DNA of 64,000 bases. Source: a candidate division NC10 bacterium CSP1-5 (GTDB taxonomy: Bacteria > Methylomirabilota > Methylomirabilia > Methylomirabilales > CSP1-5). The stretch is from NCBI GenBank assembly GCA_001443495.1, contig LDXR01000006.1, forward strand, positions 11,059 to 75,058, given 5' to 3'. Under the pieces are notes generated by a model. It was not told the origin of the DNA and ran no database searches. It saw nothing but the letters and a program-made list of their open reading frames with translations. Positions 28,280 through 35,885 of the stretch are shown in pieces. The position numbers were made by a program, and so were the translations under genes. Every line of letters starts with the position of its first letter. Within the stretch, counting starts at the first letter, position 1.

Positions 28280-28951
28280 GTGCGGTTTCTCGACCGAGGT
28301 GACGCCGGTCAGCGGCTGGCGGAGACGGTAGCCCAGGAGGACCTCCCGGATCCGGTCGTCTTGGCCATCCCGCGGGGTGGGGTTCCCATTGCAGCCTGCA
28401 TCGCGGGGGAGCTCGGTTGCGTGTGGGATGTGGTCGTCGTGCGGAAATTGGCCTTTCCATGGAATCCGGAGTTGGGGTTTGGGGCGGTGGCGCTGGACGG
28501 GACCACGGTCCACGATGGGAAACTCCTTGATCGGGCTCGGCTGGGTCTGGAGGAGGTTGTGCAGATCAAGCGGGAGGCGCTTCGGGAGGTCCAGCGTCGG
28601 GACCGGACCTATCGGGGGGGACGGCCGCTTCTCCCCACGGGGGGCTGTTCGGTCATCCTGACCGATGACGGGCTGGCGTCAGGCTATACCATGTTGGCGG
28701 CTGTGGAGTTTGTCAGGAAGTGGAAGCCCGGGTGCGTGGTCGTCGCCTCACCCGTCGCCTCCGGTTCTGCTGTAGGGCTGTTACGGCCGGCGGTGGACCG
28801 GTTGGTGACGCTTCACGTGAGCGACGCCTGCAGATTTGCGGTCGCGGGGTTTTATCACACATTCCCCCAGCTGACGGATGAGGAGGTCTTGACGTCCCTT
28901 GAGGCCGGTCAGGCCCATGCCTCCGCCGCCCACCAGGGACTCGTGGCGTGA
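28280..28951 (+). CDS. Phosphoribosyltransferase-family protein
   Basis: VVLAIPRGGVPIA and PRPP-binding loop VILTDDGLASGYTM. Confidence 0.75.
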   Translation: MRFLDRGDAGQRLAETVAQEDLPDPVVLAIPRGGVPIAACIAGELGCVWDVVVVRKLAFPWNPELGFGAVALDGTTVHDGKLLDRARLGLEEVVQIKREALREVQRRDRTYRGGRPLLPTGGCSVILTDDGLASGYTMLAAVEFVRKWKPGCVVVASPVASGSAVGLLRPAVDRLVTLHVSDACRFAVAGFYHTFPQLTDEEVLTSLEAGQAHASAAHQGLVA

Positions 28952-29013
28952 GGCGGCGGGCCAGACGGTAGACAGGTTGGCGGTTGGGGGAGATTGCTCA
29001 CAGGAGAGGTGAT

Positions 29014-29595
29014 ATGGATCGTCCATCGTTGCGGCGGCGCCGTTTTTACGTCCACGGGATCCAGCGGAAGTACATCTTCCTCTCTCTGGTTCCCTTGATC
29101 ATGTCCTCCTTCCTGATCATCGTCTTCCTCTTCGTCCCTCTCGATGTCCTCCTCTATTCGTCGGCCTCGCCCGCCGCCAAGGAGGCCATCGTGCAGGACC
29201 TCCGGGCCCTGGGGTTTCGGATCTGGCCGGCCATCTTTCTCGCCATGCTCGTTTCGGCTTTCCTGAGCGTCTTCGTCACCCACCGCTTTGCCGGTCCCCT
29301 CTACCGGTTCCACCAAGTGGTGGACCAGATTGCGGCAGGCGATCTCTCGACCGGGTTCAAGCTGCGGAAGGGAGATGATCTCGTTGAGCTGGAGACGGCG
29401 CTGAACCGGGCCATCGAAAGCCTGGCCGTGACCATCCAGGAGGCCCAGCGCCCTCTAGACGACCTCACCGTCCGGCTCGAGACACTCTCAAAGCAGGGGC
29501 GGGGAAGCCCTCTCGAGCAGGACCTCACCGCGCTCCTGGAGCGAGCACGGGAGGTGCACAAGGCCCTGGGGCGTCTCAAGATCGCGCAGCAATAG
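29014..29595 (+). CDS. Two-TM membrane protein with HAMP domain and coiled-coil tail
   Basis: Two hydrophobic helices, then a HAMP-like HRFAGPLYRFHQVVDQIAAGDLS. ATG 29014 follows SD AGGAGAGG. Confidence 0.6.
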   Translation: MDRPSLRRRRFYVHGIQRKYIFLSLVPLIMSSFLIIVFLFVPLDVLLYSSASPAAKEAIVQDLRALGFRIWPAIFLAMLVSAFLSVFVTHRFAGPLYRFHQVVDQIAAGDLSTGFKLRKGDDLVELETALNRAIESLAVTIQEAQRPLDDLTVRLETLSKQGRGSPLEQDLTALLERAREVHKALGRLKIAQQ

Positions 29596-29614
29596 GGAAA
29601 GTGACCTCCCTCCC

Positions 29615-29643
29615 TTGATCGGGATCCCACAATCCTGTACAAT
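29615..29643 (+). promoter_or_regulatory. Sigma70-type promoter for M48 protease gene (TTGATC-17-TACAAT)
   Basis: Motif match ~45 nt upstream of the TTG start. Confidence 0.5.
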
Positions 29644-29686
29644 TTTATCGTAAAGCCTGCCTGCGGGAAGAGGAGGGGAGATCCTT

Positions 29687-30832
29687 TTGCCGTTGCCAGT
29701 CATCGGGAGGGGCGCGAACGTGACATCCTGCCTCTGTGGTGGTGCCTTGAGCCGCCGGAGCTTCCTGCGAGGGGTGCTCCTGCTGGGCGGGACGATTGTC
29801 GGCGGGCTCTTGCGCGGCCTCGGGCCGGCCTGGGCCTTCTCGGTGATCTCCGAGGCCCAAGAGGAGGAAATCGGGAAGCGAGCCCACCCGCAGATCCTAG
29901 AGAAGTTCGGCTATTACAAGGATGCGAGCCTTCAGGCCTACGTGAGCCAGGTGGGTCAGCGGGTCTTGCGGCAGGCGGAATCGAGCCCCTTCACGTTTCA
30001 GTTCACCATCGTTGACCATCCGATGATCAACGCCTTTGCGGTCCCGGGGGGGTACGTCTATATCACCCGTGGGATGATGGCCGAGCTCAATAACGAGGCA
30101 GAGCTGGCGTCGATCCTCGGACACGAGATCGCCCACGTCACTTCCCATCATTCAGCCGAGCAGTTGACCCGCGCCATCGGAGCCCAGGTCTTGACGTTGG
30201 GCCTGGCCGTCCTGAGTCCGGGCGGCCGGGAGAACACCCCCGGTTGGCTGGCGCTCTCCAATGAGCTTTTTACCCAGATCCTGCTCGGGTACGGCCGAGA
30301 GGCAGAGTTGGAGTCGGACGAGAAGGGTCTCCGGTGGGCCGTCAAGGCGGGCTACGATCCTCAGGGGATGGTGAGCTTCATGCGGACCCTTGAGGTCCGG
30401 TATCGCCTGAGCGGCATCGGATACCACGCCCTCCGGGCAACCCATCCGCACACGTTAGAGCGGATGGATCGGGCTCGGGTCATGATCGGGATCCTGACCC
30501 CCCAACCGGGCAGAGCCCTTGAGGTGAACGCCGATGACTACAAGGCTCGCCTGGAGGGAATGGCCTACGGTGAGCCCGGCGAGGGGAAGCGCATCCGGAT
30601 CCTTGCCGCCCAGGAAGGAGAGAACGTAAAGGGGGTGGCTCGGAAACTCTGGGGAACAGAGAACCGGGCCTGGGATCTGGCACTCCTGAACGGGATCCGT
30701 GATGAGGACCGCCCCCTGCGCTCCGGTGAAAAGCTCAAGGTGATCTACGATCCCTTCGACGAATCCCCACTACGACCGGAACTGGATATCCATCTTCGTC
30801 TCCCGAAGGATCCCTCCCGGACGACCCCGTAG
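29687..30832 (+). CDS. M48-family zinc metalloprotease with Tat-type signal and C-terminal LysM-like domain
   Basis: SRRSFLRG twin-arginine signal, HEIAHVTSHH (HExxH), C-terminal segment GENVKGVARKLWG...LNGI...LRSGEKLKV. Confidence 0.85.
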   Translation: MPLPVIGRGANVTSCLCGGALSRRSFLRGVLLLGGTIVGGLLRGLGPAWAFSVISEAQEEEIGKRAHPQILEKFGYYKDASLQAYVSQVGQRVLRQAESSPFTFQFTIVDHPMINAFAVPGGYVYITRGMMAELNNEAELASILGHEIAHVTSHHSAEQLTRAIGAQVLTLGLAVLSPGGRENTPGWLALSNELFTQILLGYGREAELESDEKGLRWAVKAGYDPQGMVSFMRTLEVRYRLSGIGYHALRATHPHTLERMDRARVMIGILTPQPGRALEVNADDYKARLEGMAYGEPGEGKRIRILAAQEGENVKGVARKLWGTENRAWDLALLNGIRDEDRPLRSGEKLKVIYDPFDESPLRPELDIHLRLPKDPSRTTP

Positions 30833-30868
30833 ATACGGCCCAGAGATCTGGTGGGACACTCCCCGCCG

Positions 30869-31177
30869 TCACTCGAGGCCTTTGAGCGTTTCCTGATATT
30901 CCTCCGCCATACCCGGATGGTCGAATCGCCGCGCGGCCCGTATCCCCGCCTCGTAGGCCTGGCGTGCCTCTGCCATCCGGCCGAGCGTGGTCAGGGCCTG
31001 GGCTAACGTCCGGTAGGCTGCCCCCTCGTCTTCCGCCAAGCTCAGATACGTCTCCATGGCCTGGACACATTCCCGATACTGTCCGGCGTTGAAATACTCA
31101 TTCCCGAGCATGTAGTAGAGCAAGGCATCTCCGGGATCCTCTTGAATCATCGCTTGCAAGGCCTTCAGGCGACTCAT
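30869..31177 (-). CDS. Small TPR-repeat protein
   Basis: 102 aa of TPR-like helices (ALLYYMLGNEYFNAGQYRECVQAMETYL...). ATG 31177 follows SD AGGGGAG. Confidence 0.7.
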   Translation of the reverse strand: MSRLKALQAMIQEDPGDALLYYMLGNEYFNAGQYRECVQAMETYLSLAEDEGAAYRTLAQALTTLGRMAEARQAYEAGIRAARRFDHPGMAEEYQETLKGLE

Positions 31178-31376
31178 AGATGCTCCCCTTTCCGCGAATA
31201 TCCTCCATGCGCCCGCCGCCTGCTCCACCCCGGACCGGACCGCCTGGGCTATGGTAGACCGGATCGCCCCCCGAAGGAAGAGGCGGCTCCTCCTGCATGG
31301 GCACGGTCACCAGAAAGCCCTCGCCGCTGTATGGCTCGACAATTGCAAAGTGGAGAGACTGGAGACGAATGAGGCG

Positions 31377-31511
31377 ATGGCGAAGCAGGATATCCGGTTC
31401 TGTCCGTTCTGTTCCGTGATGCAGTTCGACATGGCAGAGGTGGGGGCCAGCGTCCACTGCGAGGTGTGCGGTATCGAGGTGGCAGCGGAGGAGCTGGTCG
31501 AGACCGTCTAA
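31377..31511 (+). CDS. Small zinc-ribbon protein (44 aa)
   Basis: CPFC...CEVC pair, GC-rich third codon positions, acidic tail. The TAA stop lies inside the 140-nt repeat. The longer ORF from 31251 has no support. Confidence 0.45.
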   Translation: MAKQDIRFCPFCSVMQFDMAEVGASVHCEVCGIEVAAEELVETV

Positions 31512-31647
31512 AGCAAACGCACAAAGTGCGTTTACTTTGGAGCAATGGAGCAGTGGAACAATAGAGTGATGTTGGAGGCGCAATGCCCCATTGCGGTCTA
31601 ATGTTCTATTGCTCGATTGTCACAAGATGAAATGCGTTTGTATTAGT
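31508..31647 (+). repeat. 140-nt AT-rich structured element, copy 1
   Basis: Gap-free alignment with 35702-35841 gives 126/140 identical by hand count. It begins CTAAAG on the TAA stop of the small zinc-ribbon ORF. Confidence 0.9.
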
Positions 31648-31685
31648 TGGAACGGGGGATCGGGTGTCCTCCGCCGTGCATTCGC

Positions 31686-31720
31686 AAGAAAAAGAATGGC
31701 CCCGCCGGAGCGGGGCCATT
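31686..31720 (-). terminator. Intrinsic terminator of cspA
   Basis: 11-bp stem AATGGCCCCGC / GCGGGGCCATT with 4-nt loop, followed on the minus strand by CTTTTTCTT. Confidence 0.8.
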
Positions 31721-31738
31721 CCAAGGAAAACGAGGCAA

Positions 31739-31948
31739 CTACACCTTGGTCACATTGGCGGCCTGCTTGCCCTTGGGGCCGTCGACGATGTCGAATTCCA
31801 CAGTCTGGCCTTCTGTGAGTGATCGGAACCCGCTCCCGGCAATGGCACTGTAGTGGACGAAGACGTCATCGCCGTCGGAACGCTCAATGAAGCCGTACCC
31901 CTTGGCGTCATTGAACCACTTCACCTTGCCCGTTACGCGCACCTCCAT
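31739..31948 (-). CDS. cspA: Cold-shock protein (CspA family)
   Basis: [15 protein letters not shown] (RNP1) and DVFVHYSAI (RNP2), 69 aa; SD GGAGGGAAAGGAGGG. Confidence 0.95.
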   Translation of the reverse strand: MEVRVTGKVKWFNDAKGYGFIERSDGDDVFVHYSAIAGSGFRSLTEGQTVEFDIVDGPKGKQAANVTKV

Positions 31949-32010
31949 CCCTCCTTTCCCTCCGAGATTCCAGGCGTGGCAGCCCTGCGTCGCGCAAGGG
32001 CGCCAGGGCA

Positions 32011-32047
32011 GAAAAAAACCGCGAGGGTCCTGGATCTTCCCCCGCGG
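32011..32047 (-). terminator. Terminator-like hairpin plus U7 inside the cspA 5' leader (attenuator candidate)
   Basis: Minus strand reads CCGCGGGGG-aagatccagga-CCCTCGCGG-TTTTTTT, ending ~64 nt upstream of the cspA ATG. Confidence 0.55.
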
Positions 32048-32107
32048 TCAGGCGAATCGAGGTGACAAGCCAGACCGAGACGAATGGTGCTGCAGTCAAT
32101 AGACCAC

Positions 32108-32127
32108 CGATGTCGAGCGATGTCGAG
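32108..32127. repeat. Perfect tandem duplication CGATGTCGAG x2 in the cspA leader
   Basis: Read directly from the sequence. Confidence 0.85.
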
Positions 32128-32165
32128 CAACGTTCCAGGTCCCTGTCCTGCGAAAAACAGGCGGA

Positions 32166-32194
32166 AATCTACGGAATTTCCCGCATGCTGTCAA
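32166..32194 (-). promoter_or_regulatory. Sigma70-type promoter for cspA (TTGACA-17-TAGATT on minus strand)
   Basis: Reverse complement of 32166-32194 reads TTGACAgcatgcgggaaattccgTAGATT; implies a ~210-nt 5' UTR. Confidence 0.55.
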
Positions 32195-32216
32195 GTCTTT
32201 TTTCATGCGACTCGTA

Positions 32217-32245
32217 TTGACTTTCGTAGATCGGTCCGTTAGTCT
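32217..32245 (+). promoter_or_regulatory. Sigma70-type promoter for galU-lon (TTGACT-17-TAGTCT)
   Basis: Back-to-back with the cspA promoter. Confidence 0.55.
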
Positions 32246-32297
32246 TTGATTTTGTATCGGTGACGAAGGCACGATCGTCGAGAAGAAAGGGGAAGTC

Positions 32298-33221
32298 ATG
32301 AAGGTCCGCAAGGCGGTGTTTCCGGTCGCGGGCCTCGGGACCCGATTCCTGCCGGCCACGAAGGCGCAGCCCAAAGAGATGCTCCCTATCGTCGATAAGC
32401 CGGCGATCCAATACGCGGTCGAGGAGGCGCTGGCGGCCGGCATCGAGACCATCATCATGGTCACCGGCCGGGGGAAGGATGCTATTGAGAATCACTTTGA
32501 CCGCTCGGTGGAGCTTGAGCAGGTCCTGGGGGCCCAGGGAAAGGCGGACCTCCTCCGCGAGGTGCAACGGATCCCGGAGCTCGCCGCGTTCTGTTACATC
32601 CGCCAGAAGGCACCGCTCGGTCTCGGCCACGCCGTGCTGGTGACGAAGGACCTGGTCGGCGAGGAGCCCTTTGCCGTCCTGCTCGCGGATGACCTGATCG
32701 ATGCTCGGGTCCCGGGCATTCAGCAGATCCTCGAGGTCTTCGACCGGTATCGCGCCTCCGTGCTGGCCGTGTCTCCCGTCTCTCGCGAGGAGCTGAACAG
32801 CTACGGGATCATTGCCGGGCGGGAGGTCGCAGCCGGGGTCTACCAGGTGACCGATCTCGTGGAGAAGCCCGCTCCCCAGGACGCCCCCTCCAACTTGGGC
32901 ATCGTGGGGCGCTATGTGCTTACCCCGCAGATCTTTGAAGCGCTCGAGCAGACGCCGTCCGATGCGCGGGGAGAAGTCCAACTGACCCACGCCCTCAAGG
33001 GGCTCTTGCGGCGCCAGAAGGTGTATGCGGTCGAGCTCAAGGGTCGGCGGTACGATACAGGGAGCAAGTTGGGGTTTCTGCAGGCCACGGTGGAGTTGGC
33101 ACTCAAGCGGTCGGACATCGGAGAGGCCTTTCGGGCGTATCTCAGAGGGTTGAAATTGGCCCCAGGGGCTCGGAGGCCAGTGGTCGACAGGGCGAGGCGG
33201 ACCGCACAGAAAAAGCGGTAG
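32298..33221 (+). CDS. galU: UTP--glucose-1-phosphate uridylyltransferase
   Basis: KAVFPVAGLGTRFLPATKAQPKEMLPIVDKP signature. Confidence 0.95.
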   Translation: MKVRKAVFPVAGLGTRFLPATKAQPKEMLPIVDKPAIQYAVEEALAAGIETIIMVTGRGKDAIENHFDRSVELEQVLGAQGKADLLREVQRIPELAAFCYIRQKAPLGLGHAVLVTKDLVGEEPFAVLLADDLIDARVPGIQQILEVFDRYRASVLAVSPVSREELNSYGIIAGREVAAGVYQVTDLVEKPAPQDAPSNLGIVGRYVLTPQIFEALEQTPSDARGEVQLTHALKGLLRRQKVYAVELKGRRYDTGSKLGFLQATVELALKRSDIGEAFRAYLRGLKLAPGARRPVVDRARRTAQKKR

Positions 33222-33242
33222 ACGCCGAAGCGGGAGGTCGCG

Positions 33243-35705
33243 TTGGTGAAACGCATCAAAGAGAGCAAGGGCGTGGCGGACATAGCAGCCGAGGGGCAGG
33301 GGTTGGTGGGGTCGGAGCGGAAGATACCCGAGACGGTCCCCGTGCTTCCGGTGCGGGACATGGTGGTGTATCCATTTATGATCCTCCCCCTCTACGTGGG
33401 GCGGGAGAAGTCCATTCGGGCGGTCGAGGGGGCCCTGAGTCGGGATCGTCTCATCCTCCTGGTGGCCCAGAAGGATGCCGAGGTGGAGGATCCCAATTCC
33501 CAGGAGATCTATCCGGTCGGCACGGTCACCATGATCATGCGGGTCCTTAAGATGCCCGATGGTCGGGTGAAGATCCTCGTCCAGGGGCTTGCCCGGACCA
33601 GGATCCTGGAGTTCCTTCGGAAGGAACCGTACTTTGAGGCCCGGATTGCGGAAATCCTCGATGATGAGGTGCCGACGATGGGGGTGGAACTGGAGGCGCT
33701 GATCCGCACCGTCAAGGAGCAGGTCTCGCGCAGCGCCTCTGTGGGCAAGCAGATATCTCCCGACATCCTGGTGATTATCAATAACCTGGACCACCCCGGA
33801 CGGCTCGCTGATCTGGTCGCCTCGCATCTGGACCTCAAGGTGGAACAGGCGGTGGAGATTCTCGAGATCACCAGTCCGGAGGAGCGCCTGCGGCGGATCA
33901 GCGACTTCCTCCGGAAGGAGATCGAACTCCTGGAGGTGCAACAGCGCATCCAGAGCCAGGCCAAGGAGGAGATAGATAAGACGCAGCGGGAGTACTATCT
34001 CCGGGAGCAGCTCCGGGCCATTCAGAAGGAGTTGGGGGAAACCGACGAGCGGCAGCAAGAGATCGACGAGTTCTCGGCGAAGATCGAGAAGGCCAAAATG
34101 CCCTCCCCGGTCGCCGCAGAGGCCAAGACGCAACTGAATCGCCTCGCGCGGATGCATCCGGATGCCGCAGAGGCGTCTGTGGTTCGGACGTACCTCGAGT
34201 GGCTCATCGAGCTGCCCTGGAGCAAGCAGACGCGGGATAAGATCGATATCGAGCGGGCGCGGAAGATCCTGGACGAGGACCACTACAACCTGGAGAAGGT
34301 CAAGGAGCGGATCCTGGAGTACCTGGCGGTCCGCAAGCTTAAGAAAAATAAGATGAAGGGTCCCATCCTCTGCTTTGTGGGGCCGCCGGGGGTCGGCAAG
34401 ACCTCTCTGGGGCGCTCCATCGCCCGGGCGCTCGGCCGGAAGTTCGTGCGGATTTCGCTCGGCGGGGTCCGGGATGAGGCGGAGATCCGGGGCCACCGGC
34501 GGACATACATTGGGGCCCTCCCCGGCAAGATCGTTCAGGGGATCAAGACCGCCGGGACCAACAACCCCGTCTTCATGATGGATGAGGTCGATAAGGTCGG
34601 GGCGGACTTCCGGGGCGATCCTTCGGCGGCTCTGCTCGAGGTGCTGGATCCGGAACAGAATGTGGCCTTCACCGACCATTACCTGGGGGTGGCCTTCGAC
34701 CTCTCGAAGGTCATGTTCATTACGACGGCCAACATGGCTGACCCGATCCTTCCCGCCCTGAAGGATCGCATGGAGACCATCGAGATCTCCGGATACACGG
34801 AGGAGGAGAAGCTCCACATTGCCCGACGGTATCTCATTCCGCGGCAGCTCAAGGAGCACGGGATCACCGAGGGGCAACTGCAGCTCACGGACGAAGGCGT
34901 GCTCAAGATCATCCGGGGCTACACGCGGGAGGCGGGACTCAGGAATCTGGAGCGGGAGATTGCCACCGTCTGTCGGAAGGTGGCCAAAGAGGTGGCTGCG
35001 GGGAGGACGGAACCCTTCCGGGTGACCGCCCAGAATCTCCATCGATTCTTGAAGGCCCCCCGGTATCTCCCCGAGCCCGAGCAGGAACAGGATGAGGTGG
35101 GTGTCGGGACGGGCCTCGCCTGGACCCAGGCTGGCGGGGACATCATGTACGTCGAGGCGACGGTGATGAAGGGAAAGGGCCAACTCTTGCTGACGGGGCA
35201 TCTGGGTGAGGTGATGAAGGAATCGGCCCAGGCGGCCTTGAGCTACGCCAGGGCTCGCGCCCCGGAGCTCAGGGTCAAGGAGGACCTGTTCTCCAAGGTG
35301 GATATCCATATCCACGTGCCTGCGGGGGCCATCCCGAAGGACGGACCCTCGGCCGGGATCACCATGGCGACCGCACTGATCTCCGCCCTGACCCGGGTTG
35401 CGGTCAAGAGGAGCGTGGCCATGACGGGCGAGGTGACATTGCGGGGGAAGGTCTTGCCGGTCGGCGGGGTCAAGGAGAAGGTTCTGGCTGCCCGCCGGGG
35501 CGGCATCACCACCGTGCTCCTCCCGCAGAAGAACGACAAGGATGTCAAGGAGCTGCCCAAGACGATCCGCCGCGGGATGCACTTTGTCTTTGTGGAGCAC
35601 ATGGATCAGGTCCTCGCGGCGGCCCTGGTCAGGCCGGTCAAGGAGAAAGGCCAGGTCGGGATCGCCGCGGCGAAACGGCCGACCCCGGCCATGACGGTCC
35701 ACTAA
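33243..35705 (+). CDS. lon: ATP-dependent Lon protease
   Basis: LON N-domain, Walker A GPPGVGKTS, protease Ser in PKDGPSAGI, 820 aa; TAA stop lies inside the 140-nt repeat. Confidence 0.97.
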   Translation: MVKRIKESKGVADIAAEGQGLVGSERKIPETVPVLPVRDMVVYPFMILPLYVGREKSIRAVEGALSRDRLILLVAQKDAEVEDPNSQEIYPVGTVTMIMRVLKMPDGRVKILVQGLARTRILEFLRKEPYFEARIAEILDDEVPTMGVELEALIRTVKEQVSRSASVGKQISPDILVIINNLDHPGRLADLVASHLDLKVEQAVEILEITSPEERLRRISDFLRKEIELLEVQQRIQSQAKEEIDKTQREYYLREQLRAIQKELGETDERQQEIDEFSAKIEKAKMPSPVAAEAKTQLNRLARMHPDAAEASVVRTYLEWLIELPWSKQTRDKIDIERARKILDEDHYNLEKVKERILEYLAVRKLKKNKMKGPILCFVGPPGVGKTSLGRSIARALGRKFVRISLGGVRDEAEIRGHRRTYIGALPGKIVQGIKTAGTNNPVFMMDEVDKVGADFRGDPSAALLEVLDPEQNVAFTDHYLGVAFDLSKVMFITTANMADPILPALKDRMETIEISGYTEEEKLHIARRYLIPRQLKEHGITEGQLQLTDEGVLKIIRGYTREAGLRNLEREIATVCRKVAKEVAAGRTEPFRVTAQNLHRFLKAPRYLPEPEQEQDEVGVGTGLAWTQAGGDIMYVEATVMKGKGQLLLTGHLGEVMKESAQAALSYARARAPELRVKEDLFSKVDIHIHVPAGAIPKDGPSAGITMATALISALTRVAVKRSVAMTGEVTLRGKVLPVGGVKEKVLAARRGGITTVLLPQKNDKDVKELPKTIRRGMHFVFVEHMDQVLAAALVRPVKEKGQVGIAAAKRPTPAMTVH

Positions 35706-35841
35706 AGTAAACGCACTACGTGCGTTTACTTTAGAGCAATGGAGCAGTGGAACAATAGAGCAATTGTGTAGGCGAAATGCCCCATTGCGGTCTAATGGTC
35801 TAATGCTCCATTGTCACAAGATGAAATGCGTTTGTAATAGT
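35702..35841 (+). repeat. 140-nt AT-rich structured element, copy 2
   Basis: Same orientation and length as copy 1. It begins CTAAAG on the TAA stop of lon and ends 44 nt before the rnj start. Confidence 0.9.
35811..35840 (+). promoter_or_regulatory. Candidate promoter for rnj carried by the 140-nt element (TTGTCA-18-TAATAG)
   Basis: Motif match inside repeat copy 2. The equivalent TTGTCA-18-TATTAG is at 31617-31646 in copy 1. Confidence 0.4.
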
Positions 35842-35885
35842 GCCGTTCCAGACCCACAGACAGAATAGATTGGAGGGTGCCCGGT

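Noticed and set aside
28977-28998. Sigma54-like TTGGCGG...TTGC upstream of the HAMP protein gene
   Set aside because: The GG-to-GC distance is 17 nt instead of the required 12, so the spacing is incompatible with a -24/-12 promoter.
31251-31376. Longer 86-aa version of the small zinc-ribbon ORF
   Set aside because: The N-terminal 42 aa (RRKRRLLLHGHGH...) have no support and no SD. The zinc-ribbon core starts at ATG 31377.
32169-35702. 1177-aa ORF on the minus strand
   Set aside because: It is exactly antisense to galU and lon, which have unambiguous motifs. The translation is Arg/Pro/Gly/His/Leu-rich with no recognisable domain, which is the typical mirror-frame artefact of high-GC DNA.
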